A stretch of 64,000 bases of DNA from Mobula hypostoma. Lineage: Eukaryota. The notes under the pieces were generated by a model. The model was given only the letters and a program-made list of their open reading frames with translations, was not told the DNA's origin and did no database searches. Position numbers and translations under genes: made by a program. Shown here in pieces: positions 47,160 through 61,032 of the stretch. Where the stretch lies: contig NC_086097.1 of NCBI RefSeq assembly GCF_963921235.1, forward strand, positions 226,674,001 to 226,738,000. Reading direction: 5' to 3'. The number at the start of each line of letters is the position of its first letter. The first letter of the stretch is position 1.

Positions 47160-48617
47160 TAGGGCACTGAAAGCCTGTGCCAGTTGGTGGGAGTGTTCAA
47201 GGACATCTTCAATCTGTCACTGCTGCAGTTGGAGTTTCCCACCGACTTGAAAAGGGCTACGATCATAACAGTGCCCAAGAAGAGCAGGGTGAGCTGCCTC
47301 AACAACTATTGTCCTGTGGCACTCGCATCTAGTGTGATGAAGTGCTTTGAGAAAGATGGTCATGTCTGGGATCAGTTTCTGCCTTAGCAAGGACCTGGTC
47401 CCACTGCAATCTGCCTTTCGCTACAAGGAGTCTACAGCGGTTACAATCTCACTGGCTCTCCACTCGGCTCGCATCAGCTGAAAAATAGTAATTCTTAAGT
47501 CAGGCTGCTGTTTATTGACAACAGCTCAACGTTCAACACAATCATACCCTCAGTTCTACTCAAAAGGCTCCAAAACCTCGACTTCTGTACCTCCCCTGCA
47601 ACTGGATCCTTGGCAGACTATAGCCTCACTGGGAGACCACAGTCTGCGCGGATGGCAAATAGCATTCTCTCATCGCTGACTGTCAACACTGGCTCACCGC
47701 AAGGATGTGTGCTTATCCCACTGCTCTTCTCGCTCTGGACTGTGTAGCTAGGCACAGCTCAAGTGCCATCTATATACTTGCCGACAACACTACTATTGTT
47801 GGCAGAATTTCAGATGGTGATGGGGAGGCATGCAGAAGAGAGAGAGATCAGCTGGTGGAGTGGTGTCACAGCAACAACCTTGCGCACAATATCAGTAAGA
47901 CCAAAAAATTGACTCTGGACTTCAGGAAGAGAAAGTCGGGGGAACATGCACCAGTCCTCCTCGAGGGATTAGAAGTGGAAAGACTGAGTGGGTTCAAGTT
48001 CCTGGGTGTGAATCTCTCTGAAGATCTATTCTGAGCCCAACATAATAGAGGCCATGACAGTGGCTGTATTTCATTTTCAGAAGAATTGGAATGTCACCGA
48101 AGACATCCACAAATTTCTACTGATGTACCGAGGAGAGAATTCTTAACTGGTTGAATCACCATCTGATATGGAGGGTCTGTTGTACAGGATCAGAAAAACC
48201 TGCAGAAAATTGTAAACTCAGCCAGCCCTATCAAGGGCACTAGCCTCTCCTGCCTTGAGGACGTCTACAAAAGGCAATGCCTTAGAAAAATTGGCATCCA
48301 TTACTAAAGACCCCATCACCCAGGAACTGCCCTCTTCTCATTGCTACCATCAAGGAGGAGGAACAGGAGCCTGGAGATACAGACTCATCATTTCAGGAAC
48401 AGCTTCTTTCCCTCTCCCCATCAGTTTTCTGAATGGACATCGAACCCAGGAACATTTCCTTTCTCAGTATTTTTCCCTTTTTTACAGTACTTAATTATAT
48501 ATACACGTAGTACTTATAACTTATAGTGTTTATTTCTATGTATTGCACTGTACTGCTGCCGCAAAACAACAAATTTCACGACATGTGCCGATGATATTAA
48601 ATCTGATTCTGATTCTC
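47160..48617 (+). mobile_element. Rex1/Babar-like LINE RT and 3' end (old)
   Basis: [43 protein letters not shown] motifs; tail ctgattctgattct. Confidence 0.85.
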
Positions 48618-48629
48618 AAGGAGTGACCA

Positions 48630-49803
48630 TTATTGAGCACTTTAATACCATCATTCCAAATAGACTGATTCCTAAGATCCAGAACCTGGGCCTTAGCACT
48701 CAGATCTGCAGCTGAATCTTCAACTTCCTCACAGACAGGACCCAGGCTGTAAAAATAGGGGACAAGCTCTCCTCTACAATCACTCTGAGCACCGGTGCCC
48801 CACAAGGCTGTGTACTCAGCCCCCTGCTGTACTCACTGTACACCCAGGATTGTGTAGCCAAGTTTCCATCGAACTCAATATATAAGTTTGCTGATGACAC
48901 CACAATTGTAGGCCGTATCTCCGGTAATGATGAGTTTGAGTACAGAGAGGAAATTAAGAACCTGGTGGCATGGTGCGAAGACAATAACCTATCCCTCAAC
49001 GTCAGCAAGACGAAGGAATTGGTTGTTGACTTCAGAAAGAGTAGTGGACTGCACGACCCAATCTACATCAGTGGTGCGCAGGTGGAACAGGTCAAATGCT
49101 TTAAGTTCCTCGGGGTCAATATTACAAATGAGCTGACTGGGTCCAACCAAGCAGAGTTCACTGCCAAGAAGGCCCACCAGCGCCTTTACTTCCTGAGAAA
49201 ACTAAAGAGATTTGGCCTGTCCCCTAAAACCCTCACTAATTTTTAAAGGGGCACTGTAGAAAGCATTCTTCTAGGGTGCATCACAACCTCGTATGGAAGT
49301 TGTCCTGTCCAAGACCGAAAGAAGCTGCAGAAGATCGTGAACACAGTGCAGCACATCACACAAACCAATCTTCCGTCCGTCGACTCACTTTACACCGCAC
49401 GTTGTCAGAGCAGTGCTGCCAGGATAATCAAGGTCACGACCCACCCAGCCAACACACTTTTCGTCCCTCTTCCCTCCGGGAGAAGGTTCAGGAGCTTGAA
49501 GACTCATACGGCCAGATTTGGGAACAGCTTCTTTCCAACTGTGATAAGACTTCTGAACGGATCCTGACCCGGATCTGGGCCGTACCCTCCAAATATCCGG
49601 ACCTGTCTCTCAGTTTTTTTGCACTACCTTACTTCCCATTTTTCTATTTTCTATTTATGATTTATAATTTAAATTTTTAATATTTACTAATTTTAACTAT
49701 TTTAATATTTGTAATCCAGGGAGTGTGAAGCGCACAATCAAATATCACTGTGAGGATTGTACGTTCTAGTACCAATTGTTTGGCGACAATGAAGTATAAA
49801 GTA
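48630..49803 (+). mobile_element. Rex1/Babar-like LINE 3' fragment (younger)
   Basis: TGAPQGCVLSPLLYSLYTQD, KFADDTTIVG, AHQRLYFLRKLK, LPSGRRFRSLKTHTARFGNSFFP with few stops; tail aagtataaagtat. Confidence 0.9.
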
Positions 49804-50471
49804 TTTATGCACACCGTCAATGTTCAGATCACCATGAATAGTCAAATTAAAAACAACAGGTCATACCTACAAGATCCTGTAAGGAATTAAGCAAATTTGA
49901 TGGTATGCTTTATTAATATAATTGGATTTTAAGAAAGAATTTAATAAAATTCCACATCTAAAGCTGTTAAAGAAGATTAGGACTGGGAATTTCTTTGCAG
50001 CTGTTCCCAGTTTTGTGTTTTAACTTTGCCAGCAGAAACCTCAGGAGCAGCTCTAAGGAAATTCCTGGTCTTATGGTATTAATAATCAATTAACTAGCCA
50101 ACTTGAAGACCTCTAAAAAGAAATTAAAGGTGATAGAAAGCCTCCCCTTTGAGGTCACTGATACATGGGCTCCTATAAGAGGTTCTCCTAAGCCCCAGCT
50201 GTTTATGCAGCTCTCACAGTGTAGGGTTCAGGTACAGTGCCTTGTGAAAGTATTCAGCCCCCAAACCTGTGTTCACATAGATGAGTGTTACAACCAGAGA
50301 TTTTGATCAATTTAACTGAGAATTTCTATTTGTGAATCACATACACCTTGTTTCACAGTAGAGTCCAAAAAATAGAGAAAATTGTAAAGCATGAAAAACT
50401 AAAATTACAATATTTGAAATGTCAGCAGTTCAAAAGTACAGCATTCACCACCCTTGCTGGTACTTAGTTGA

Positions 50472-51705
50472 ACCATAAGACCATAAGACATAGGAGCAGA
50501 AGTAGGCCATTCGGCCCATCGTCTGCTCTGCCATTCAATCATGGGCTGATCCAATTCTTCCAGTCAACCCCACTCCCCTGCCTTCACCCCGTACCCTTCA
50601 ATGGCCTGGCTAATCAAGAACCTATCTATCTCTATCTTACATACATCCAGTGACTTGGCCTCCACAGCCACTTGTAACAACAAATCCATGGATTTACCAC
50701 CCTCTGACTAAAGGAATTTCTCCGCATCTCAGTTCTAAATGGATGTCCTTCAATCCTGAAGTCATGGCTTCTTGTCCTAGAATCCCCTACCATGGGAAAT
50801 AATTTAGCCATATCTAATCTGTTCAGGTCTTTTAACATTCGGATTGTTTCTGAGATTCCCCCGCCCATTCTCCTGAACTCCAGGGAATACAGCTCAAGAG
50901 CTGCCAGACAGTCCTCATACAGTAACCTTTTCATTCCTGGAATCATTCCTGTGAATCTTCTCTGAACCCTCTCCAATGTCAGTATATCCTTTCTAAAATA
51001 AGGAGCCCAAAACTGCACATAATGTCCCAAGTGTGATATCATGAATGCCTTACAGAGCCTCAATATCACATCCCTGCTCTTATATTCTATACCTGTAGAA
51101 ATGAATGCCAACATTGCATCCGCCTTCTTCCCAACCGACTCAACCTGAAGGTTAACCTTTAGGGTATCTTGCACAAGGACTCTCAAGACCCTTTGCATCT
51201 CTGCATTTTGAATTCTCTCCCCATCTAAATAATAGTCTGCCCATTTATTTCTTCCACCAAAGTGCGTGACCATACACTTTCCAACATTGTATTTCATTTG
51301 CCACTTCTTTGTCCATTCCCGTAAACTATCTAAGTCTCTCTGCAGGCTCTCTGTTTCCTCAACATTACCCACTCCTCCATCTATCTTTGTATCATTGGAA
51401 AATTTAGCCACAAATCCATTAATACTGTAGTCCAAATCATTGATATACATCGTAAAAAGCAGAGATCCCAACACTCGACCCCTGTGGAACTCCACTGGTA
51501 ACCAGCAGCCAGCCAGAATAGGATCCCTTTGTTCCCACTCTCTGTTTTCTGCTGATCAGCCAATGCTCCACCCATGCTAGTAACTTCCCTGTAATTCCAT
51601 GGGCGGTTATCTTGCTAAGCAGCCTCATGTGCGGCACCTTGTCAAGGACCTTCTGAAAATCCAAGTACACCACGTCTACTGCATCTCCTTTATCTACCCA
51701 CCTCT
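50472..51705 (-). mobile_element. CR1 LINE RT/3' fragment nested in the Tc1 element
   Basis: VDVVYLDFQKVLDKVPH, VTSGVPQGS, KFSNDTKI, SFSQRVVN; tail tcttatggtcttatggt. Confidence 0.9.
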
Positions 51706-52053
51706 CATAGCTATTACAGCCAGTAGTCTTTTTGGACATGTCTCTATTTGCTTTGCATAATGTGATGGAGCAAAGTTTTCCCATTCCTCCTTGCAAAATT
51801 GCTCAAGCTGAGCCAGGTTGTTTGTGGAATGGAGGTGCACAGCAATTTTGAGATCTTACCAGAGATGTTTGATTCGGTTAAGGTCAGGACTTTGACTGGG
51901 CCACGCAAGGACATCAATTAGCTTCATTTGAAGCCACTCCATTTGTTCTGGCAGTGTGCTTTGGGTTGTTGTCCTGCTGAAAGATGAGCTTCCTCCCAGT
52001 TTACGCTTTTTGGCAGAGGCTAGCAGGTTTTTATCCAGGATCTCTCTGTATTA

Positions 52054-52317
<264 letters not shown>

Positions 52318-52744
52318 TTAGAGACTATGGAACTATGAACTTCATTTTCAGTTCCAGCTATGAACTTCTGCAGCTCACTCAGAGTGATTGTTGGTGCCAT
52401 ATTGTTCTGGAGGTTTAGAAGGATGGCTTGATCTCGGCAGTTTGGCTGTGGTTTCATATTTGTTTCCACTTTTTCACGACGGACTGCACAGAGCTCCAAG
52501 GTATGTTCAGTGCCATTGAGATGTCTTGTACCCTTCCCGAGATTTGTGCTTCTCTATTACCATTTCCCCACCTTGTCTTGAATGCCTTTGAGTCTTCATT
52601 TTCGTTTGGTCTGTTGAAAATCTACCAAATTTTTGGATCTTACAGAGAGAGGGGTTATTTATTCTTATGAATTCATTGAAAACAGGTGAGCCTCCAATTT
52701 TCTATATCAACAAATTGGGTGAGTTGGTAAGGTAACACTGTATA

Positions 52745-52960
52745 TAAGACCATTAGACATAGGAGAAGTAGGCCATTCAGCCCATCAAGTCTGCTCCACC
52801 ATTTCATCATGGCTGATCTCAGATACCACTCAACCCCACACACCTGCCTTCTCGCCGTATCCTTTGATACGCTGACTGATCAGGAAACAATCAACTTTAA
52901 CATATGCATGGACTTGGCCTCCACTATATTCTGTGGCAGAGCATTCCACAGATTCACTAT
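52745..52960 (-). mobile_element. CR1 3' tail nested in the Tc1 element
   Basis: Reverse complement homologous to 12300-12535. Confidence 0.8.
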
Positions 52961-53567
52961 TATATTGCCCCTCAGAAAAGTTAGCATAGTAATTACAAAG
53001 GGGATGAATACTTTTTCAGTCTCTCAATTTTGGTTTGTAATTTTTAGTAAATTGATGACAGATTTTGAAATTTTTCTTTTGATTTGACATGATGCACAAT
53101 GTTTTGCAGATTAGCTCAAAAATCCAATTTAAATATATATTAAATTTGGAAAATGAGACAGTAAAATGTGAAAATAGTTGTGGGAACTGAATAATTTTTC
53201 AAGGCACCGTATATGAAATTTCCTTCAATCAAGCACAGTGGCAGGCCGACTCGTAAAAAAAAATTATAGCAATCAAAGAAATCTAGACACTCTCAGCAGT
53301 TGGCTTAAGTATAGTAAATGGGTTTTGGTAGAAATAAGGGTAAAATGATACAAACCGAAATAGCAGAAAATATTGGTTGCACAAAGAATTGGTTTGTATG
53401 GGCTGTCCTAATCCTTACAAATTTGTTGCATAAAGGGTACTTTGTGCATTATTGGATATATTTTGGATTCATATTTTTCTCTGTTTGGCATTTTAAATTA
53501 TTTCCCATTTCGGTTAGTTCTCACAGTGCAAGAAATCTCCTTGTTGTTTGCAAATGTTCAGTGTTGC

Positions 53568-55845
53568 ATAGAAATATAGAAACATACAGCCTACAGTATG
53601 GGCCCTTTGGCCCACATTGTTCTGCTAATCAATATACTTAGTCCACGATCAATCTAACTACACAGTGCTTGATTCTCCATTTGTCCGACATTCATGTGCC
53701 TACCTTAACTGTCATTGGTAAAGCCGCTACCACCATCACCATTCCAGGCACCCACCGTTCTCTTTGACATCTCCCCTAACTTCCCTCCACTCACCTTAAA
53801 CAAACATCCTCTGCTATTGGCCGTTGTGACCCTGGGGGAAAAAGGTGCTGGCTATGTCCTCAGTCTGTGCTGTTCATAATATTATACACCTCTATCAAGT
53901 TGCTCCAAAGAGAAAACCCTAGCTTACTCAACCTTTTCTCATAAGAAAACTCTCTAATCCTGGCAGCATCCTGGTAAACCTCCTCTGCATCCTCTCTAAA
54001 TCTTCCACATCCTTCCCCATGATGAAGCAACCAGAAGTGAACACAATAGTCAAAGTGTCATCCAACCAGAGTGTTATGGAGCTGCAATATTACCTCGTGG
54101 CTTTTGAACTCAATCCTTGACTAATGAAGGCCAGCACACCATGCGCCTTTTTAACTAGCCTATCAAATTACTCCCAGTAAGATGGTGGCGCTTTTGATCA
54201 CAGCAGCTTCTACAGGATCAACCAAAGGGTGTTATTGTCCTTTTTGAACATAATTGTTATGATCACCAGACCCTGCTGAACTTACTGCATCAACAAGTTG
54301 CTTGTTTGTGGAGAAACGAAAGATCTGGACTTAGCATGGATCGTGCTGCTGCTTGAGTCAGAGAGGCGTCGGAGGAGTTGGTGCGCGAAGGTGGTGTGCA
54401 GTCCAACAGCAAATGATTGTCTTAGTCACTTTTCTTGTGATCGCATGACCCTGTTTGGACATTATTAATGTGGAATGCTGCAAGTCCAATTCACTGATTT
54501 ATTGACGGACGGCATGGAAGCTGTGTGGTCTCGGTTGTAGTCAGTATTAGGCCTCAAGCCAAGGTGTCATCTGACTACAGCCACCCAGGAGAGAGGCGTT
54601 GGAGTCGGTGTGCTTCACCAGAGGCGGTGTGGCTCGGCACCCAAGCCGGGCTTGGTGCCTCCCTCCAGTGTTTGCTCAGCAGAAGACAAGCAGTATTGTG
54701 TTCAAGTGACATACACACAATGCTGGGGGAACCCAGCAGACCAGGCAGCATCTATGGAAAATAGTGAACAGTCGACTTTTCAGGCCAAGATGTGTTCAAC
54801 TACAGGCTCCTACAGCATTCATTGGCTCAAGGTCTTGGACTATATATTTTCTTGTGTGACAATATTTTACTAATATCTTCTGTGTGCCTTGTGCTGTGTG
54901 TGACTGTTGGAACTGTGTTTTACACCTTGGCCCTGGGTTAACATTGTTTCAATTGGCTGTATTCAGGGGTATTCATGTATGGTTGAATGACAATTAAACT
55001 CGGACTTGAACAACTTGTGCAGCAACTTTGAAGGATCTATAGACTTGAACTCTCTATCCCTCCACACTGTGGTGAATCCTGTTGTTAAACTTCTACTCTG
55101 TCTTTATGTTCAATCCTCTGAGGTTAATCACTTCACACTTTTCTGGACTGAACTTCTTCTGTCAATTTTCTGCCCAACTCTGCATCCTGTCTATATTACA
55201 ATAAAATCTGCAACACCTCTAACCTTTGTGTCATCTGCAAATTTACGAATCCACCCCGCTGCTTCCTCATCCAAATCACAGGAGTGCTGGAACAGATCCG
55301 TGTGCAGGACCACTATTCACCAGGAAGGGAATGCTCCATCCACTACCGCACTCCACCTTCTGCGGGCAAGCCATTTTCCAAATCCACGCAGCCAAGTTTC
55401 CCTGGAGCCCATGCCTCATGGCTTTCTGGATGAACCTACCAGGAGAAACCTTGTTGAACACTTTACTAAAATCCATGTACACCACATCCACCGCTCTACT
55501 TTTATCAATTTGTTTTACCACCACAAAAACCTATGCTGACTATCCGTTATAAAACCATGCTTCTCCAAATGCTGGTAAATTCTGTTTCTAAGAATCTTTC
55601 CCCATAGTTTTCCCACCGCTGACATATGACTTGCTGGTTTATAATTCCCAGGATTATCCTTATTACTTTTCCGGAGCAAAAGAACATCTGCATCCTCCAA
55701 TCCTGTGACCAAGGAGGACACAAACATCATTGTCACTGCCCCAGCAGTCTCTTCCCTTGTTTCCTGTAGTAACCTGGCATATATTCCTTCCAGCCGCAGG
55801 GACTTAGCTATCAATATGCTTTTCAGAAGCTTTCTTAACCTCAAC
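53568..55845 (-). mobile_element. Old CR1 fragment split by a ~54170-55008 non-autonomous LINE-tailed element (which contains a Penelope-like fragment at ~54708-54790)
   Basis: CR1 tail atagaaatatagaaacata at 53568; VDVVYMDFSKVFNKV and NPGNYKPASHMSAVGKL on minus; host continuity ctatcaa|cttgtgcagcaactttg. Confidence 0.75.
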
Positions 55846-56717
55846 CTGCTCCAGGACCTCCTCTACCTCCTGAGCCTCCAAGCACCTGCTTTCCCCTTTA
55901 TCCTTGAGCATTTCTGCCCTCACTCTACACGGTTGTGCAGAACACCTTGTCACACTGGTGTTCTGGAGTAATACTGCATATCAAAGTACTTGGCAAAGCC
56001 ACAGTTGGTCTTTCATGGCAGGTAAATGTTTACAGTGGTGTTACTTGTATTGAGAAGAAAAAGGTGAAATCTGACATTTGTAGGATAGCAGAGAAGGAAA
56101 CTGTGATAATTACTGATTACCCTGCCAAGAAGAGAGAAAAAAATCGAGACTTTTCATATGGATAACAAACTTAGAATTTGTTGCTCCAGAAATGAGGTAG
56201 GTTAGGATAGGAACATTTGGAAGAGGGCTCACAAATAATTTGAATTTCACTATATGATAAAAAATGTCAGAGACTGCATTAAAAAGAGTGTGGATTTATT
56301 AGCCCAGAAGAGCCTCCTGTATTCTCATATTTGTACTTAAGCAGAGCTGCATAGCACTCTAACACATTGTAAATTTCATTACGATTGTGAGGTGTACAAA
56401 ACAGAGGTGTCAAGTTTCCCAACGAGGAATGTTTCAGAGCTTGCTTTTCAACAGAATTATTCCCTAGTCATTCAGCAACACTCGTCTAAATGTTGGAGAG
56501 TATTGCTTATTCAAGAATAGCTGGTGCAGTGGTCGAACCGAGAGGAGGGACAGAGCACCCAAGCGAGGAAACCTGGACTGGGTGATTGACAACATCATTT
56601 GCAGGAGAATATTCCCTGTGCTAGGAAGCCATGCAGATTCTTCCAGGCACTCATTCCAGGGCAATCTGTACAAGGAGCAATAGCTGATGTGGCCAGTCTT
56701 TAAATAATTGCACTTCT

Positions 56718-56910
56718 AGGGCAGCACAGCGTGGCGGTTAGCGAAATCACCTTACAGTGCCAGCTGTAAGATCAGGGTTCAATCCCCACCACTGTCTGTA
56801 AGGAGTTTGTACTTTCTCCCTGTGACCACCCATGTGGGTTTCCCCCAGTTGCTCGAGATTCCTCACAGATTTCACTGTATGTAGGGACAAATAAGGCTAA
56901 TCTTTCTTTA
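56718..56910 (+). mobile_element. tRNA-derived SINE (V-SINE-like, internally deleted)
   Basis: gggcagcacagcgtggcggttagcg...cagggttcaatcccc; tail aaataaggctaatctttcttt. Confidence 0.7.
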
Positions 56911-57230
56911 ATCCCTCTTACCTCTTTGTGACGTCTGCAGTAACACATTCCTTTGCCTGCTCTTGTGGGCCAATGTCTTGTCTTCCTGGGTGACCACCTG
57001 AATGAGCCATACAGCAAACTTTATTATATACACTAGATTTGTGCAGCAACCTGGAACGATCCTGATGCCAGGAATTTGAGAGTGAATGATTTTGAGGAGC
57101 TGAGAATAGTCCAAATATGCATAAACATTTGAGATTGTGGTATGATACAATTAACAGAGAAGTGCTCCCTACAAGACCAATGGCTCTCAGAAGAGTCCAG
57201 GAATGGCTTGTTTCCTCAGAACATCTAGGC

Positions 57231-57310
57231 TAGAGGTTCCGAACCTGGAGTCCACAAACCCTTTGTTTAATGGTATTGGTCCGTGGCATCAAAAGGGTTG
57301 GGAACCCCTG
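57231..57310. mobile_element. hAT MITE, same family as 24807-24888
   Basis: tagaggttccgaacc ... ggttgggaacccctg; TSD atctaggc / ctctaggt. Confidence 0.75.
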
Positions 57311-57594
57311 CTCTAGGTGGATAAGATGACCTTGTGCTTCCTTCTCTGTTTTCGTAGTTGCCTGTGATATCATCTTCTGGTCCACCTTAATGTCATCCAG
57401 CAAGAGCATGGCAAACCCCAAAGCGGGGTTAGTTGTGAAGGCAGAAATGTTGTTAAAGATGTCAGGAAGGTGGTTTTATAATGCAAGCAGAATTTAGGAT
57501 AAGCACCGAGAATTGGTGCTGAGAATAAGCTGCAGAGAGCTGTGGAGCAGGTTGAAAAGGAATTCCGTTTGTGAGTTTGTCCTTTGAAGTAATG

Positions 57595-57870
57595 ATTTAT
57601 TGACATACATTGTGGAATAGGCCCTTCCAGCTGCGCTACCCAGCAATCCCCTGATTTAATCCTAGCCCAATCACAGGCCAACTTAAAAATGACCAATTAA
57701 CCTACCAGCCAGTGTGTCTTTGGATTGTGGGAGGAAACTAGAGCATCCAGAGGAAACCTATGCAGTCCCTGGGAAGATGTACAAACACCTTACAGGCAGC
57801 AGCGGGAAATAAACCCGGATTGCCTGTACTGTATAGAGTTGTGCTAACCACAACACTACCGTGCTGCCCA
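57595..57870 (-). mobile_element. V-SINE/HE1-like SINE
   Basis: Full head gggcagcacggtagtgttgtggttagcac on minus; core homologous to other copies. Confidence 0.8.
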
Positions 57871-57987
57871 AGGTGCCAGGAAAAATAGGGCTAATGAAAT
57901 ATGACCCCCCCCCCCCCGCCATCGAGCAAGAAAGATCTGTTCTTATTCAGACTAGTGAAGCTGAAAACCACACTGCACACTGCTGTT

Positions 57988-59700
57988 AGACTATAAGACA
58001 TAGGTGTAGAATTAGGCCATTCAGCCCATGAGTCTGTTCTGCTATTCCATCATGACTGATCCCGGATCCTACTCAACCCCATACACCTGTCTTCTTGCCA
58101 TATCCTTTGGTGCCCTGACCGATCAGGAAACTATCAACTTCCACCTTAAATATACCCATGGACTTGGCTTTCACCACACTCTGTGGCAGAGCATTCCACA
58201 GATTCACCACTCTATGGCTAAAAAAAACTCCTCCTTACCTCTGTTCTTAAAGGGCCCCTCTTAATTTTGAGGTTATGCCCTCCAGTTCTGGATACCCCCC
58301 CAACAGGATGCATCCTCTCCACAACCACCCTATCTAGTCCTTTCAACGTCAGTGGGTTTCATTGAGACCCCCCTGCATTCTTCTAAATTCCAGTGAGTAC
58401 AGGCCCAAAGCTGCCAAATGCTCCTCAGATGTTAATCCCTTCACTCCCAGAATCATCCTCATGAACCACCTCTGGATTCTCTCCAATGGCAACACATCCT
58501 TCTGAGATATGGGGCCCAAATTTCTTGGTGATCACCTGGCGGAGGATCTCACCTGGTCCCTCAACACCAGCTCCATAGCAAAGAAAGCCCAGCAGCGTCT
58601 CTACTTTCTGTGAAGGCTGGGAAAAGTCCATCTCCCACCCCTCATCCTCACCACATTCTACAGAGGTTGTATTGAGAGCATCCTGAGCAACTGCATCACT
58701 GCCTGGTTCGGAAATTGCACCATCTCGGATCGCAAGACCCTGCAGCGAATAGTGAGGTCAGCTGAGAAGATCATCGAAGTCTCTCTTCCCGCCGTTACAG
58801 ACATTTACATCACACGCTGCATCCGCAAAGCAAACAGCATTATGAAGGACCCCACACACCCCTCATACAAACTCTTCTCCCTCCTGCCATCTGGCAAAAG
58901 GCACCGAAGCATTCGGGCTCTCACGACCAGACTATGTAACAGTTTCTTCCCCCAAGTCGTCAGACTCCTCAATACCCAGAGCCTGGACTGACACCAACCT
59001 ATTGCCCTCTACTGTGCCCAATGTCTTGTTTATTATTTATTGTAATGCCTGCACTGTTTTGTGCACTTTATGCAGTCCTGGGTAGGTCTGTAGTCTAGTG
59101 TAGTTTTGTGTTGTTTTACGTAGTTCAGTGTAGTTTTTGTATTGTTTCATGTAGTGCCATGGTCCTGAAAAACGTTGTCTCATTTTTACTGTGTACTGCA
59201 CCAGCAGTTATGTTTGAAATGACAATAACAAGTGGCTTGACTTGACTAGAAAACTGTGAACAATACTCCAAGGGCAGCCTGCCTAGTGTCTTGTAAAGCC
59301 TCAGCATTATCTCCTTGCTTTTATATTCTATACCCGTTGAAATAAATGTCAACATTGCATTTGCCTTCTTTACCACAGACTCAACCTGTAAATTAACCTT
59401 CTGAGAGTCTTGCACAAAGTCTCCGGTTTCTTTACAGATAATAGTCCACATTATTGTTCCTTTTACCAAAGTATATTATCATACGTTTCCCAACACTGTA
59501 TTCCATCTGCCACTTTTTTGCCCGTTCTTCAAATTTGTCTAAGTCTTGCCGCAATTGCATTGCTTCCTCAGCACTACCTACCTCCCAGCTATTTACGTAT
59601 CATCCGTATCAACAAAGCAAAGTCTGCTTTGCCACAAAGCCATCAATTGCCCTATCTAAATGATTGACAAACAATGTGAAAAGTAACGCTCCCATTACTG
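57988..59700 (-). mobile_element. CR1 3' fragment split by a + strand Rex1/Babar-like LINE (~58520-59248)
   Basis: CR1 host continuity ggggcccaaa|aaaactgtgaacaatactcc; insert encodes KDPTHPSYKLFSLLPSGKRHRSIR with (gactt)n tail. Confidence 0.85.
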
Positions 59701-60597
59701 TTGAGAAAGTTGTATGCCTGAAGAATGTTTTACTAGCACCAAGACATGTGGAAAGTTAGGGATCAAATTTTCATATGAGGTAGATTAGAAATGGGTGCAG
59801 TCTGGATTAAGTTTATCTAAACGGAGCAGCCCTGTTTTCCAGTGTAAAAGGAATTAATTTTTCGACCATCCAGCAGAAGTACATGAAGAACAGGTGGGTA
59901 TTTTAATATATGGGCAATTACGTGGCATTAGTTCTGGGGTGAATTGCAACGTCGTCTATGACCCTGCCATCTCCAATATTCTGATTCTGTGACAGTTGTT
60001 TAAAAATAGCCATTGAAAGATAGAAGTTATAATAGACACATAGCCTCACCTCATCTTCAGTCTTGTATTGATTTTTAAGCAGTCACAGAGAATTACATGC
60101 ATAAAATATATAGTACCGAGTTGTTTTCATACTCTTCTCCTAGTCTGGATGTATTCTTACATCAATTTGGTTGAATTGCTCTTAATCTTGCCTTTATGCT
60201 TCCCTCCAGGATTTGTTGTGGACACTAATCTGATAATCTAGCGCAATGGGAGTACTCTATTATTTGAAGAATTGTCCTTCAGCAGAATTATTACACCAAA
60301 GCCACAAATGCCTGCTCACGATGTTGAAATGGACTTTATATAGATCTCACGATACTAAGTAAAGCTCAGGGACGTATAGGTTGCAATCCACTCTACCAAA
60401 ACCGAGCAACCTTCCATTTATCCCCTTGCAGTTTATGGGGCTTTGTCGTGTGCTGTGTGCCAGCAAAATAACAGCCACTCAATTCAAATAATTTATTTTC
60501 ATCTAAAACAGGTTGGGACAATTCTCTGAGGCTAGGTAAGGCTTTCTTTGTGACATATCAATCAGTTTTCTTATGCAGTTTTAGTTCACAAGGATTG

Positions 60598-61000
60598 CGA
60601 GAGACGAAGTTGGTCCTCTGGAAGACCGGAATGGTAATCAATGTGTGGAGCCAAAATTGATGGGGGAGATCTTAAAAGATCTTTTTGCATCTGTATTTAC
60701 TCAGGAGATGGACACAGGTTCTACAGAAGTGAGGCAACGTGGCATCAACTTCATGGACCATATACAGATTACAGAGGAGGAGGTGTTTGCTATCCTGAGG
60801 CAAATTAGGCAGGATAAATCCCCAGGGCCTGACAAGGTGTTCCCTTGGGTCCAGCGGAAGGCAAATGCAGAAATTGCCGGGGGCCTTGCAGAGATATTTA
60901 AATCAACCTTAGTGAAAGGTGAGGTACCAGAAGACTGGAGGATGGCCAATATTGTTCCACTGTATAAGAAAGGCTCTAAAAATAAACTGGGAAATTATTA
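60598..61000 (+). mobile_element. CR1 RT N-terminal fragment
   Basis: DKSPGPDKVFP, GEVPEDWRMANIVPLYKKGSKNKLGNY; homologous to 27340-27750. Confidence 0.85.
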
Positions 61001-61032
61001 ATTATAAAAATTATATTCTTCACCCATTGAAC